Below are positions 10,309-19,280 of a DNA stretch of 64,000 nucleotides, piece after piece. Location of the stretch: the sequence record OR449013; one strand, given 5' to 3'. The translations under genes were made by a program, and so were the position numbers. Positions within the stretch are counted from its first letter, which is position 1, and the number at the start of each line of letters is the position of its first letter. The DNA comes from Escherichia phage Mangalyan. The notes under the pieces were generated by a model. The model did no database searches and was not told where the DNA came from. It saw nothing but the letters and a program-made list of their open reading frames with translations.

Positions 10309-11099
10309 TAACAAACTGGCCGTTGTAAAACTCTCCTAACCTCATAAGAGGGGTCGGTAAATCCGGCTAACGGGGAACGCTAAGGCGAAAGCTATGCCAA
10401 TCCCGTGACTAGTTCTTACAGGAGTTGGAACGGTTGTAACGACTAACGAAAGGCAGAGATGCTTGACAAACATTTCTGAACCAAGTAGTGTAGGGGTTAG
10501 TTGAAATACTAACTTCGAAATGGAGAGGCTCTATGAAAAAGATCATTCTTAATGGTGAAGAATCAAACTATGTGATTGATGAGGTTGGAAACGTATACGG
10601 AAAACGTGGAATGCTACACCCAATATTGTGGGGAGGTTATGGAAAAGGTAAAAAGCATGTTAAACGCCGTTATATGTACTCTTTCAACCACAAAGGTAAA
10701 AAGATTCGAATCCAAACCTCAAGGATTGTTGCCTTGTATTGTTTGCCGGATGTCCCAGAAGACCCTGAAAACTGGGAAGTGAATCATAAAGATGGCAATA
10801 CATTGAATGATCATCCGTCTAACCTAGAGTGGGTTTTGCCGGAAGATAATAAGAGACATGCTTTCCGAACAGGACTTTGTCCAGGTAAGTGCTATAGGAA
10901 AGTGCAGGCATACAAAGGGAAAACCTTGGTGGGTGAATATCCTTCACTCTATGCCTGTGCAAAAGCCTTAAATTTGAACGTAGGTAACGTTCATAGGGCT
11001 ATCGAAGGAAATGCCGAAGGTAAGCATCTCACAATAAAGGGTTATTATCTTATTGAAGTAGAGTAAGAGATAGTCTGGCCCTGTGGAAACACAGGGAGG
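10309..11099 (+). mobile_element. group I intron interrupting nrdD (boundaries +/- a few nt)
   Basis: nrdD reading frame breaks at 10309 and resumes in another frame at ~11100; 5' part 10312-10532 is ORF-free and GC-rich with GNRA-like loops (GCGAAAGC); internal HNH ORF; intron ends in G. Confidence 0.6.
10533..11066 (+). CDS. intron-encoded HNH homing endonuclease
   Basis: 177 aa; HNH block EVNHKDGNTLNDHPSNLEWVLPEDNKRHA; SD GGAGAGG before ATG; lies entirely inside the nrdD interruption. Confidence 0.65.
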   Translation: MKKIILNGEESNYVIDEVGNVYGKRGMLHPILWGGYGKGKKHVKRRYMYSFNHKGKKIRIQTSRIVALYCLPDVPEDPENWEVNHKDGNTLNDHPSNLEWVLPEDNKRHAFRTGLCPGKCYRKVQAYKGKTLVGEYPSLYACAKALNLNVGNVHRAIEGNAEGKHLTIKGYYLIEVE

Positions 11100-12368
11100 A
11101 GACAGCAGACTCCATTCATCACATTGAGTTTAGGACTGGATACCTCGGTCTTTGGTAGAATGATTACCAAAAACTACTTGAAAGTCCACAAAATGGGTCT
11201 TGGTGAAGAACGTATTACACCTGTATTCCCTAAAGTGCTGTTCTTCCTGGAAGAGGGTGTTAACATGAACCCTGGGGATCCTAACTATGATTTGAAACGA
11301 TTAGCTCTGGAATGCTGTGCAGAACGTATCTACCCTGACTTCGTATCTGTACCACTAAATAGAAAAGTGACAGGCTCGACAGATGGCAAAGTAACGAGCA
11401 TGGGTTGCCGGAGTTTTCTTAGCAAATATAATGACTTGGAAACAGGTGAGGAAAAATACCTTGGCAGATTCAACTTGGGTGTTGTTAGCCTTAACCTGCC
11501 AATGATTGCGGCAAAAGCTAAGACGGAAGGTGTTGATTTCTTTGCAGTTCTTGACGAATACTTGGATCTTGCATACGAGGCTCACCTTGTAAGGGTTAAC
11601 CGTCTAAAAGGAACAAAGGCAGGGCAGAACCCCATCATGTGGTGTGAAGGCGCTCTTGCTCGCCTGGATCCTGAAGAAAGTATTGATAAACTCTTCTATG
11701 ACGGGTACGCTTCCATCAGCATTGGGTATATTGGTGTGTATGAAACCTGTCAGATTTTGGGCAGAGAGGGTGACAAGGCTTTAGCTCTTGGAATCCTTCA
11801 GCACATGAGAGATGCTTGTGAGCGATACAAGAAGGAAAGTAGACTAGCGTTTAGCTTGTACGGCACCCCTTCTGAGAGTCTATGCTATAAAGCTGCAACC
11901 TGTCTGGATCGTGAATATCCTGAAGTGTTGAAGCACGAGCATGAATATCTCACCAACAGTTTCCATCAGCCAGTATGGATCAATAGCTCTCCTTTTGATA
12001 AGTGGGCGTATGAGGAAGGTTTTGCTATGATCTCCTCTGGTGGCAACATCGGATATGTAGAGACACCGAATCTGAAAAACAACTTAGATGCTTTAGAGGC
12101 TCTTGTTGACTTCGGGTATAAACACATTATGTATTTTGGTATTAACCAACCTGTGGATAAATGTCTCAAGTGTGGTTTCTCTGGGGAGTTCAGTGCAACA
12201 GCTAAAGGCTTTGTATGCCCAGAGTGTGGAAACCATGAAGAGGGAACGATCAGTGTGATCAGACGTGTGTCTGGATACCTTTCCAGTCCTAACTCCCGTC
12301 CTTATAATAAAGGTAAGCAAGCGGAAGTTATCGAGCGAGTTAAGCACTATGGAAGTTGTAGTTGCTGA
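11100..12368 (+). CDS. nrdD: anaerobic ribonucleotide reductase NrdD, exon 2
   Basis: frame reads RQQTPFITLSLGLDTS... from 11100 (no start codon needed); C-terminal Cys4 CLKCG...CPECG and glycyl-radical motif RVSGYL. Confidence 0.75.
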   Translation, partial: RQQTPFITLSLGLDTSVFGRMITKNYLKVHKMGLGEERITPVFPKVLFFLEEGVNMNPGDPNYDLKRLALECCAERIYPDFVSVPLNRKVTGSTDGKVTSMGCRSFLSKYNDLETGEEKYLGRFNLGVVSLNLPMIAAKAKTEGVDFFAVLDEYLDLAYEAHLVRVNRLKGTKAGQNPIMWCEGALARLDPEESIDKLFYDGYASISIGYIGVYETCQILGREGDKALALGILQHMRDACERYKKESRLAFSLYGTPSESLCYKAATCLDREYPEVLKHEHEYLTNSFHQPVWINSSPFDKWAYEEGFAMISSGGNIGYVETPNLKNNLDALEALVDFGYKHIMYFGINQPVDKCLKCGFSGEFSATAKGFVCPECGNHEEGTISVIRRVSGYLSSPNSRPYNKGKQAEVIERVKHYGSCSC

Positions 12369-12432
12369 TACTTGACAAAAGCCACAAGGATGTGGCACCA
12401 TACAGATGTTTAGGGAAGTTAGGAAACAAGAG

Positions 12433-13566
12433 ATGGCTAAATTATCGACAGAAGAGTTTATAGAGAAGGCGAAAATCATTCACGGTTATAAATACAATTA
12501 CAAGAAAACAGTGTACGTGGATTGCTATGCGAAGGTTTGCATTACCTGTCAAATCCATGGAGATTTTATGCAAGCACCTTGTCAACACTTGCAAGGTCGT
12601 GGTTGTCCTTTTTGTGCAAAACTTTCTCGTGCTACAAAGTGTAATAAAGGTCTTAAATTTGTAGAAAGAGCCAAAGAAATCCATGGAGATAACTATGACT
12701 ACTCTCTCGTATACTACAAGACTTGCAAAGATAAAGTAGAAATAATCTGCAATACTTGTGGAAATCACTTTACACAGACACCTGACAATCATATAAATTT
12801 GAAAAGAGGTTGTCCAGTTTGCAAGGGGTCAAGAATCTCACAAAGCAAAACCAAACCTCATGAAAAGTGGGTTGAGGACATAGAGAAGAAAAATACTTAT
12901 ATTGAAATATTAGAAGAGATCACCACTGGGTGGAATAAAGTATTATGTCGTTGCAAAGTTTGCAACCACGAATGGTCAGCTACGCCTGTTATCCTTAAGC
13001 GTGGTCACGGCTGCCCCGGATGTGGCGGATCTATGAAAAAGACCACTGAAGAGTTTATCCAGGACGCTGTGGCTATCCACGGGAACAAGTATGATTACTC
13101 TAAAGTGAGGTATGTGAATTCACACATCAAGGTTACAATTGTTTGCACAGATCATGGAGATTTCTGTCAATCCCCTACCCAGCATTTAGGAGGGGGAGGG
13201 TGTCCTAAATGCACCAAAAGAGGATTTTTATCCCACGATTGTGGTAAACTTTACATTATGGTTGATGATCCGGAAGTGCCTACATTTATGAAAATAGGTG
13301 TCAGTCATAATGAAAGTAAGCGAAGAGACCAGATACTTAAAAGTGCACAAAGATCTGGAGCTGGTATCTGCGATCTGTACATAGTGAAAACGTTGGAAGG
13401 ATCAACTGAAAACATGCTGGCTGTAGAAAAATCTATGCACAAAGCCTTCAGTAAATATAAAATAAACTTCCCTGTAAAATTTGATGGTAGCACCGAATTC
13501 TTCTACTACAGGCCTGAGGTGTTCAGCACAGTGGAAGCAGCGTACAAAGAGATCTGCGGTAAATGA
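12433..13566 (+). CDS. multi-zinc-ribbon protein with C-terminal T5orf172/GIY-YIG-like domain
   Basis: four tandem ~45-aa modules (IHG.KY.Y ... GCPxC); C-terminal YIMVDD...KIGVS...R...E resembles the GIY-YIG/T5orf172 fold; SD AGGAAA before ATG 12433. Confidence 0.5.
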   Translation: MAKLSTEEFIEKAKIIHGYKYNYKKTVYVDCYAKVCITCQIHGDFMQAPCQHLQGRGCPFCAKLSRATKCNKGLKFVERAKEIHGDNYDYSLVYYKTCKDKVEIICNTCGNHFTQTPDNHINLKRGCPVCKGSRISQSKTKPHEKWVEDIEKKNTYIEILEEITTGWNKVLCRCKVCNHEWSATPVILKRGHGCPGCGGSMKKTTEEFIQDAVAIHGNKYDYSKVRYVNSHIKVTIVCTDHGDFCQSPTQHLGGGGCPKCTKRGFLSHDCGKLYIMVDDPEVPTFMKIGVSHNESKRRDQILKSAQRSGAGICDLYIVKTLEGSTENMLAVEKSMHKAFSKYKINFPVKFDGSTEFFYYRPEVFSTVEAAYKEICGK

Positions 13567-13618
13567 TCGTAGAAAGATACACATATCTTAAACATGCTAT
13601 AAACTAAGGAGGTACAGT

Positions 13619-13735
13619 ATGTCTACAGGCATTTATAAAATTTGCAAGTGTGGTTGTCGTTGCAATCTTCGTTGGTGCAAGGCACTGGACGATTTTATTT
13701 GGCATTGTCCTGAATGCGATGCAGAGTACTTATAA
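13619..13735 (+). CDS. small Cys-rich (zinc-ribbon-like) peptide, 38 aa
   Basis: perfect SD AAGGAGG 7 nt before ATG; 8 Cys in CKCGCRC...CPEC; below the track's 60-aa cutoff. Confidence 0.4.
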   Translation: MSTGIYKICKCGCRCNLRWCKALDDFIWHCPECDAEYL

Positions 13736-13886
13736 GCATAAGGGGTCGAAATGCGGAAATCTATCAAGAAAATCAAGATAAAATTGTTAGCACTGAAGCG
13801 TAAGTATAAAAAGTTATACGGCTTCATCAAATGGACTTTTATAAGTTTATCTTGAATAGAAGCACACCACAGAAGAGAGGTTCCTT

Positions 13887-14123
13887 ATGGTAGGTGTCTG
13901 TGTAAAAGCTAACAGATGGTTTACATTCGGCAAGGATTACGAAATTATCTTTCATTCGGACAGAGCCACAACAGTAGAAAGCGATGATGGGTGCTACTGG
14001 TTCGTTAGTTACCAGGGTGATGGGTATTATAGATCTACTGATTCCAGAGGGGAAGAAGCTGTTTTCTTAGATAGAGCTTATTGTGGGCCTGAATATCCCT
14101 ACCTCAAAGAGGGTAAGGAATGA
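13887..14123 (+). CDS. hypothetical protein
   Basis: 78-aa ORF; stop overlaps nrdG start. Confidence 0.45.
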   Translation: MVGVCVKANRWFTFGKDYEIIFHSDRATTVESDDGCYWFVSYQGDGYYRSTDSRGEEAVFLDRAYCGPEYPYLKEGKE

Positions 14124-14593
14124 ATGTTGTTAATATTATAGAGTGTAGCATGGTTGACGGCCCAGGCATTAGGACAACGGTGTTCTGTTCTGGTTGTCCA
14201 CATCACTGCGTTGGTTGCCAAAACAAAAGTGTTTGGTCACCCGCTAAAGGGGAACCGTTAACAAATGACACAATTGAGAGTATACTTCACTCTATAGAGC
14301 CGAAACATATTACTGGCGTTACATTATGCGGTGGCGAACCTTTAGCGCCTTACAATATCGATGGTATGTACTCGATCATTCTCGCTATCCGTGAACGCTT
14401 CGGCAACACAAAAACTATCTGGGTGTACACAGGGTATTTGTTTGAAGAAGTCCCAGGTTATATTAAAGATAGTGTCGATTACATTATGGATGGTAAGTAC
14501 GAAAAAGATAACCCCACCAAAAAACCATTCAGAGGTAGTGATAACCAAAGAATGTTTAAAAAAGTATCAGGCGGTTGGGTTCAGGTAGACTAG
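14120..14593 (+). CDS. nrdG: anaerobic RNR activating enzyme (radical SAM)
   Basis: 157 aa; CSGCPHHCVGC (Cx3Cx2C radical-SAM cluster); adjacent to nrdD. Confidence 0.75.
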   Translation: MNVVNIIECSMVDGPGIRTTVFCSGCPHHCVGCQNKSVWSPAKGEPLTNDTIESILHSIEPKHITGVTLCGGEPLAPYNIDGMYSIILAIRERFGNTKTIWVYTGYLFEEVPGYIKDSVDYIMDGKYEKDNPTKKPFRGSDNQRMFKKVSGGWVQVD

Positions 14594-14596
14594 CTG

Positions 14597-14626
14597 TTGA
14601 CAAAGCTTTGTTTAGATAGGTATAAT
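14597..14626 (+). promoter_or_regulatory. sigma70-like promoter
   Basis: TTGACA, 18-nt spacer, TATAAT. Confidence 0.6.
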
Positions 14627-14657
14627 TATCGTAAAATGAAAGCAGAGGAGGTGCCAA

Positions 14658-14771
14658 ATGGCTAAAAAAGCCTTGAAGAAGGCGTACAAAAAAGAAATTG
14701 CGCTTGAGCTCAAGAAAAAACACAAGCGTGAAAAGAAACATCATGAGGATGAAGAGGAGCTGCAACAGTGA
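14658..14771 (+). CDS. small highly basic peptide, 37 aa
   Basis: SD GAGGAGG before ATG; MAKKALKKAYKKEIALELKKKHKREKKHH...; stop overlaps next GTG start. Confidence 0.4.
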   Translation: MAKKALKKAYKKEIALELKKKHKREKKHHEDEEELQQ

Positions 14772-15118
14772 CACAAGAACGTATCGATTTGGCTAATAAG
14801 TTTGTAGATCTCATTTTGCCACGGTTAGTTACTCAACATGCAGACGCTATTTCTACTAATCTTGATGGCTTACGCCTAATGCTGAATCGCACAGATGACC
14901 CTCGCATTCGGGCTGATTTAGAAGCCTCTGCCAACAAACTGGAAAAGTTCTTGCAAGTAGATACGCAAGAAGCCTTACACAAGATTATGGTGGAAGGTTT
15001 CTCTAAAGAATTTACCATTAAAGAGCTTAAGGAGCTGATCCACCAAGAAGAGATGAATATCCGAGTTCAGGCTGTTGCAAGCAGCATGGAAGCGGCTATT
15101 GAAAAACTGTTGCAGTAA
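14768..15118 (+). CDS. hypothetical protein
   Basis: 116-aa ORF, GTG start overlapping upstream stop. Confidence 0.45.
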   Translation: MTQERIDLANKFVDLILPRLVTQHADAISTNLDGLRLMLNRTDDPRIRADLEASANKLEKFLQVDTQEALHKIMVEGFSKEFTIKELKELIHQEEMNIRVQAVASSMEAAIEKLLQ

Positions 15119-15156
15119 AAGTACTTGGCACATCTCAATCTGAAAGGAGTCCCAAC

Positions 15157-15945
15157 ATGGGTCGAGCTAAAGAAACAAAACGCATGCGTGATGAAGCTAG
15201 AGAGGCTCGCAAATCTGATCGCCTGCGCAAGGCTGCTGAGAAATTTGCTGACGAAAGAGAGCACACCGCTCCAGCTCTCCGACCAATGAATAAGAAGCAG
15301 CAAAAGTATCTTGATTATCTAGGGTCACGTAAGATTATCATTGTAAACGGTGTGTTTGGATCCGGTAAGACATTCATGGCATCTGCATATGCAGGTGATC
15401 TTCTGCGTAAGAACGAGATTGATAAGATCATTGTTGCACGTCCTTACGTTCAGACAGGAAAGACTTCAGGATTTAAACCTGGAAATGCAATGCAGAAACT
15501 GTGGCCCTATCTTCGAAGCATGATGGACACGATTTGTCGTCGTGTTGGCAAAGGTGCTTTTGCCGCAATGCTGGGAGACGGTCAGAACAGTCGTATCGAG
15601 ATTTGTGAAGTTGAAAGCATTCGTGGTCGTAGTTTCGATGAGCGATGCTTTGTCCTGATTGACGAGGCACAGCAAACTAACCCTGAAGAAATGTTGTCAA
15701 TTATCACAAGGATCTCTGATCAGGCCACCCTTGTAATCATGGGCGATAATAGCCAACGTGACATCCCTGGTAAATCTGGACTTGCATGGGTGACGGATTT
15801 CTTTACTCGTCATCCAGATCCTGAGGTTGGAATGATCAGCTTTGATAGTCCAGACGATGTCGTTCGTTCCGGATTGGGTCGTCAGATTGCACTCAATCTT
15901 ATTGAGGATCGTGCAAATCATATTTGGACCCCTGTTTCCGAGTAA
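15157..15945 (+). CDS. phoH: PhoH-like ATPase
   Basis: 262 aa; Walker A VNGVFGSGKTF; Walker B-like CFVLIDEAQ. Confidence 0.8.
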   Translation: MGRAKETKRMRDEAREARKSDRLRKAAEKFADEREHTAPALRPMNKKQQKYLDYLGSRKIIIVNGVFGSGKTFMASAYAGDLLRKNEIDKIIVARPYVQTGKTSGFKPGNAMQKLWPYLRSMMDTICRRVGKGAFAAMLGDGQNSRIEICEVESIRGRSFDERCFVLIDEAQQTNPEEMLSIITRISDQATLVIMGDNSQRDIPGKSGLAWVTDFFTRHPDPEVGMISFDSPDDVVRSGLGRQIALNLIEDRANHIWTPVSE

Positions 15946-15989
15946 CACAGAAGGGTGGTTATTCCACCCTTAGATATCTAAAACAGTTG

Positions 15990-16018
15990 TTGACAAACAG
16001 GTAAGCTTTAGATATTAT
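15990..16018 (+). promoter_or_regulatory. sigma70-like promoter
   Basis: TTGACA, 17-nt spacer, TATTAT; preceded by a GGGTGG-ttatt-CCACCC hairpin. Confidence 0.55.
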
Positions 16019-16043
16019 TATCGGACAAGGAGAAGGAGATAGT

Positions 16044-16355
16044 ATGGCTACAGTACAAGAGAAACTGAATAAAATATACTGCCTGTTTGTCTATAACGGC
16101 GAGACAATTCTGGCATATAAAGGATCCAAGAATGTATGGATCAAGGACAGTGGTGGTAATATAATCAACTTAGCGTTGCTACGTGAGCGCCGACACAGAT
16201 TCTTTATCGAGTCTCGGATTATTGAAAGCAGCACCTGCTACAGAACAGGCGATAAAGTAATTGTTGACAATGATACGTGGTATGTGGTAGACTGGCAATC
16301 ACTGAGCTGTGATGCTTCTGACAATCGTAAGTACTCTATAGTGATTGCTAAATAA
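16044..16355 (+). CDS. hypothetical protein
   Basis: 103-aa ORF with SD AAGGAGA. Confidence 0.5.
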   Translation: MATVQEKLNKIYCLFVYNGETILAYKGSKNVWIKDSGGNIINLALLRERRHRFFIESRIIESSTCYRTGDKVIVDNDTWYVVDWQSLSCDASDNRKYSIVIAK

Positions 16356-16415
16356 AGGTAAATGTGAATCAGGTTTAAATAAATAGCTTTCAACTTCCAA
16401 TATTAAGGATCTCTC

Positions 16416-17465
16416 ATGAATTTAACACCTCGCAGCACCATGGTACACGGCATGAAAGAAAAACAGAACGGTTTCGAACCTATGAGTAATAAAATGTTTG
16501 GTATGCCGGGGGGTATTATGGAAACATATAGCTACCCAACACCTGTTGTTGACCACGTTCTTTATATCGACGATTTGGAAGACTTACAAGATCATATGTC
16601 TCGTCTGCAGACGATCCGTATGGCTCAGCCGGAAGAAAGCATTCGGGTGATCATCAATAGCCCAGGGGGCTGCGTGCACATTGCAATGGCTTATTTGCAG
16701 GCATTCCGCGAGTCTCAGGCAAGCGTTGTTGCACACGCTGAAGGGATGTGCTGCTCGGCAGGAACAATCTTATGGCTGGGCTGCAAAGAACGAACTGTGG
16801 CTCCGGACACAGAATTTATGTTCCACTACTATCAAGGTGGCACCTATGGTAACGGTGTGAACATGAATACCCAGATCAACTACTGGAAGAAACGTTTTGA
16901 ACGCCTGATCGAAAAATACTACGGTGGGGTGTTAACAGAAGATGAGATCGCATCCATCACAGCTGGCGGTGAAGTGTGGTTAGATGGAGAAGAACTGGCA
17001 TCTAGAACTGGTGCTATCATTCTGGACGATGAAAACATTCAGCGCATTCAGAATGGACAGAAACCGAAAAAGCTTTTGGCAAAAAGTGATGAAGAAGGTG
17101 TGCTAGGCGAAGCAGGCCTGCCAGAGATTCACCAATGCACATCTCTGGACGAGCTGGTTCATGCTGTTGAGTCTGCAAAAGCAAATGGTATGAAAGATGA
17201 TGTTCACACTGTGTTCCTGAATCTGCAGATGGAAAGTGGCGAGACCGTCCGGATCGCCCTGGGTGAAATTACTTCAGAAGATCTGCAGCGATTCTCTGTC
17301 GTCGAACTTCAGGATATTCTGTCTCAATTGAAGACTACTCTGAACGGCGGTGAAGAGGTTAAGGTGAAAGACAAGACCCGCAAGCGTCTGATGGACAATA
17401 TCATTAAAACAGCAAAAGAGCTCAATGAAAAAATCCTGGGTGCAGGAATTGTCGAAGAAGCTTAA
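16416..17465 (+). CDS. ClpP-like (S14) serine peptidase with C-terminal extension
   Basis: INSPGG; GMCCSAG (catalytic Ser context); FMFHYYQGG (His context); ~150-aa acidic C-terminal extension. Confidence 0.6.
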   Translation: MNLTPRSTMVHGMKEKQNGFEPMSNKMFGMPGGIMETYSYPTPVVDHVLYIDDLEDLQDHMSRLQTIRMAQPEESIRVIINSPGGCVHIAMAYLQAFRESQASVVAHAEGMCCSAGTILWLGCKERTVAPDTEFMFHYYQGGTYGNGVNMNTQINYWKKRFERLIEKYYGGVLTEDEIASITAGGEVWLDGEELASRTGAIILDDENIQRIQNGQKPKKLLAKSDEEGVLGEAGLPEIHQCTSLDELVHAVESAKANGMKDDVHTVFLNLQMESGETVRIALGEITSEDLQRFSVVELQDILSQLKTTLNGGEEVKVKDKTRKRLMDNIIKTAKELNEKILGAGIVEEA

Positions 17466-17479
17466 ACATTAATTCTAAA

Positions 17480-17500
17480 GCCCTCTTCGGAGGGCTTTTA
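17480..17500 (+). terminator. rho-independent terminator
   Basis: GCCCTC-ttcg-GAGGGC followed by TTTTAT. Confidence 0.6.
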
Positions 17501-17516
17501 TGATCTGGAGATTTGC

Positions 17517-18050
17517 ATGACTTGTGCTAGAAAACCTGATGAACAACGTAACGCCTACGATGAGTATGTGACACCGGAGTGGTGTGCAGAAGGGCTGTAT
17601 GACCTTATTCCGTTCCCAGAAGACTGGACCTACTTAGAGCCTTGCAGGAATAGTGCCTCAGGTGTGTTCTACTCCCGTATGCCGTTAGGATCTGCATGGG
17701 GAGAAATACAAGAAGGTGTTGACTATCTGAATACAGAATACAACCATGTTGACTGTATTATCACCAACCCACCATACAGCCTGGCTCGTGAGTTTGTAGA
17801 CAAGGCGTTGAAAGATGCTGACGTAGTTATTATGCTTTTGCGTCTTAATTTTCTGGAAAGCAAAGCCAGATTTGAATGGTGGCTTGATAATGCACCTACT
17901 ACTGTGATCACAATATCTAAGCGTCCATCATTTCAATCAAACGGCAGAACTGACGGGCAAGCATATGCATATTTTGTGTGGGATAAGAAAAACCGTTTAG
18001 ACTTGCCGCCGTTTATGTGGTTGGCACCCCCAGAGGTAGACCTGAAATGA
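17517..18050 (+). CDS. N6-adenine methyltransferase-like protein (paralog of 1084..1902)
   Basis: IITNPPYS (motif IV); N-terminal YVTPEW parallels YYTNPGY of the other copy. Confidence 0.45.
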   Translation: MTCARKPDEQRNAYDEYVTPEWCAEGLYDLIPFPEDWTYLEPCRNSASGVFYSRMPLGSAWGEIQEGVDYLNTEYNHVDCIITNPPYSLAREFVDKALKDADVVIMLLRLNFLESKARFEWWLDNAPTTVITISKRPSFQSNGRTDGQAYAYFVWDKKNRLDLPPFMWLAPPEVDLK

Positions 18051-18331
18051 AAATGAGTGCTAAGGACAAATTACACCAGCTAGCGCTAAAACGCCCTGTA
18101 ACGCTCCCTGACGAGCTTAACTCCATTTATGATGCGATTGTAGGGGAGATACAAAATAAAGCGTTAGCAGGCTTTCTGGGGTGCGGATTTTCGATAAATC
18201 TACCCTCGCATCTCTCAGATTACTTCCCGCACATTGTTGGAGATTTAAGGGCAGGAGGTCTGCAGGTAGATGTTGTTGGCATCTCCCCAGAGAAAAATAA
18301 TACGGTTGCCTACTTGACAGTAACCTGGTAG
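18047..18331 (+). CDS. hypothetical protein
   Basis: ATG overlapping upstream stop (ATGA); track ORF 18017..18331. Confidence 0.45.
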   Translation: MKMSAKDKLHQLALKRPVTLPDELNSIYDAIVGEIQNKALAGFLGCGFSINLPSHLSDYFPHIVGDLRAGGLQVDVVGISPEKNNTVAYLTVTW

Positions 18332-18367
18332 TTGTGTATTGTTGTTTTCAACAAGAGGGGGTCATTT

Positions 18368-18607
18368 ATGTACAAGTCATTTTCAATCTACTCAAGACAG
18401 GCGAAACACTACACAGAGATCCTGATCACTCAGAAAAAATCTGTGGAAGGTGAGTGGGAATATCACCATAAAATGTTGCGTCCAGACTGGGTTTTTGATA
18501 GACTTATTGCTATGATCCCTCTCGGAGAAGTATACCCTCTGACAGCCCATCGCGATGCTTGGGATTTAATTGATTACATAGATTCATTTAAGGAGCCTAG
18601 ATTATGA
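18368..18607 (+). CDS. hypothetical protein
   Basis: SD GAGGGGG before ATG 18368. Confidence 0.45.
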   Translation: MYKSFSIYSRQAKHYTEILITQKKSVEGEWEYHHKMLRPDWVFDRLIAMIPLGEVYPLTAHRDAWDLIDYIDSFKEPRL

Positions 18608-19002
18608 AGATTGAGATTACTAAAGAAGGTAAGAAAGTGTCCGGCAACTATGCAACAGTAATTCGGGATTTAATGTTTGAAGCCACCAAGATCGGTACAT
18701 CTAAAGTTGGTCAAACTGTTAGTGTGAAAAGTAATATCTCCACAGGAGAGAAGGTATTCATTGTGGTCAAAGGGCAGGATCCCGTGGAAGGAACAGTGGG
18801 CCGAGGTGGCTACCTGTGCATTTCTGAAGAGCCGCGTATGTTAGTGGCTGACGCTACTATGGGTGGGAAACGTGTGTGCGAGGCGGATGAGGTAATGATT
18901 ATCCAACCTGTTGATCCAGATGACCCAGCAACTTGGGTGGTAGGAAATGAAATCTTCTCTTTAGAAGAGTTATCCTTCCCAGCACCGCGCTCTGTTCAGT
19001 AA
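18604..19002 (+). CDS. small acidic protein, MKxK paralog family
   Basis: SD AAGGAG; starts MKIEITKEG. Confidence 0.5.
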   Translation: MKIEITKEGKKVSGNYATVIRDLMFEATKIGTSKVGQTVSVKSNISTGEKVFIVVKGQDPVEGTVGRGGYLCISEEPRMLVADATMGGKRVCEADEVMIIQPVDPDDPATWVVGNEIFSLEELSFPAPRSVQ

Positions 19003-19041
19003 TAATTTATCTTACCAGGGACGGTAGAAGCAGGAGGTAGC

Positions 19042-19275
19042 ATGAAAGTTAAATTTCTTACAGATTTAGGGTACCCTTCCTTGGTTGACTGCGTTGGTAA
19101 AATTGTGGAAGCAAAACGGCTATCTGCAAACGAGAATGTTGTCCTGGTTAAGGGAAAGGATTTACTAGCTGCAGGTGCAGAGTCTGGCAGGATCTCTCCT
19201 GACTATACATATTACCTATCTTTAAGTAATCTGCCAGAACGAGGCGGCAAAGGCCTTGAAGTTGTGGAGGAGTGA
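19042..19275 (+). CDS. small acidic protein, MKxK paralog family
   Basis: SD AGGAGG; MKVKFL...LVKGKDLLAAGA...LEVVEE. Confidence 0.5.
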   Translation: MKVKFLTDLGYPSLVDCVGKIVEAKRLSANENVVLVKGKDLLAAGAESGRISPDYTYYLSLSNLPERGGKGLEVVEE

Positions 19276-19280
19276 CAGGT

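Noticed and set aside
12370-12406. TTGACA at 12372 as a promoter for the zinc-ribbon/T5orf172 gene
   Set aside because: No acceptable -10 hexamer at 16-19 nt spacing (nearest TACAGA is 23 nt away); the gene is probably co-transcribed with nrdD.
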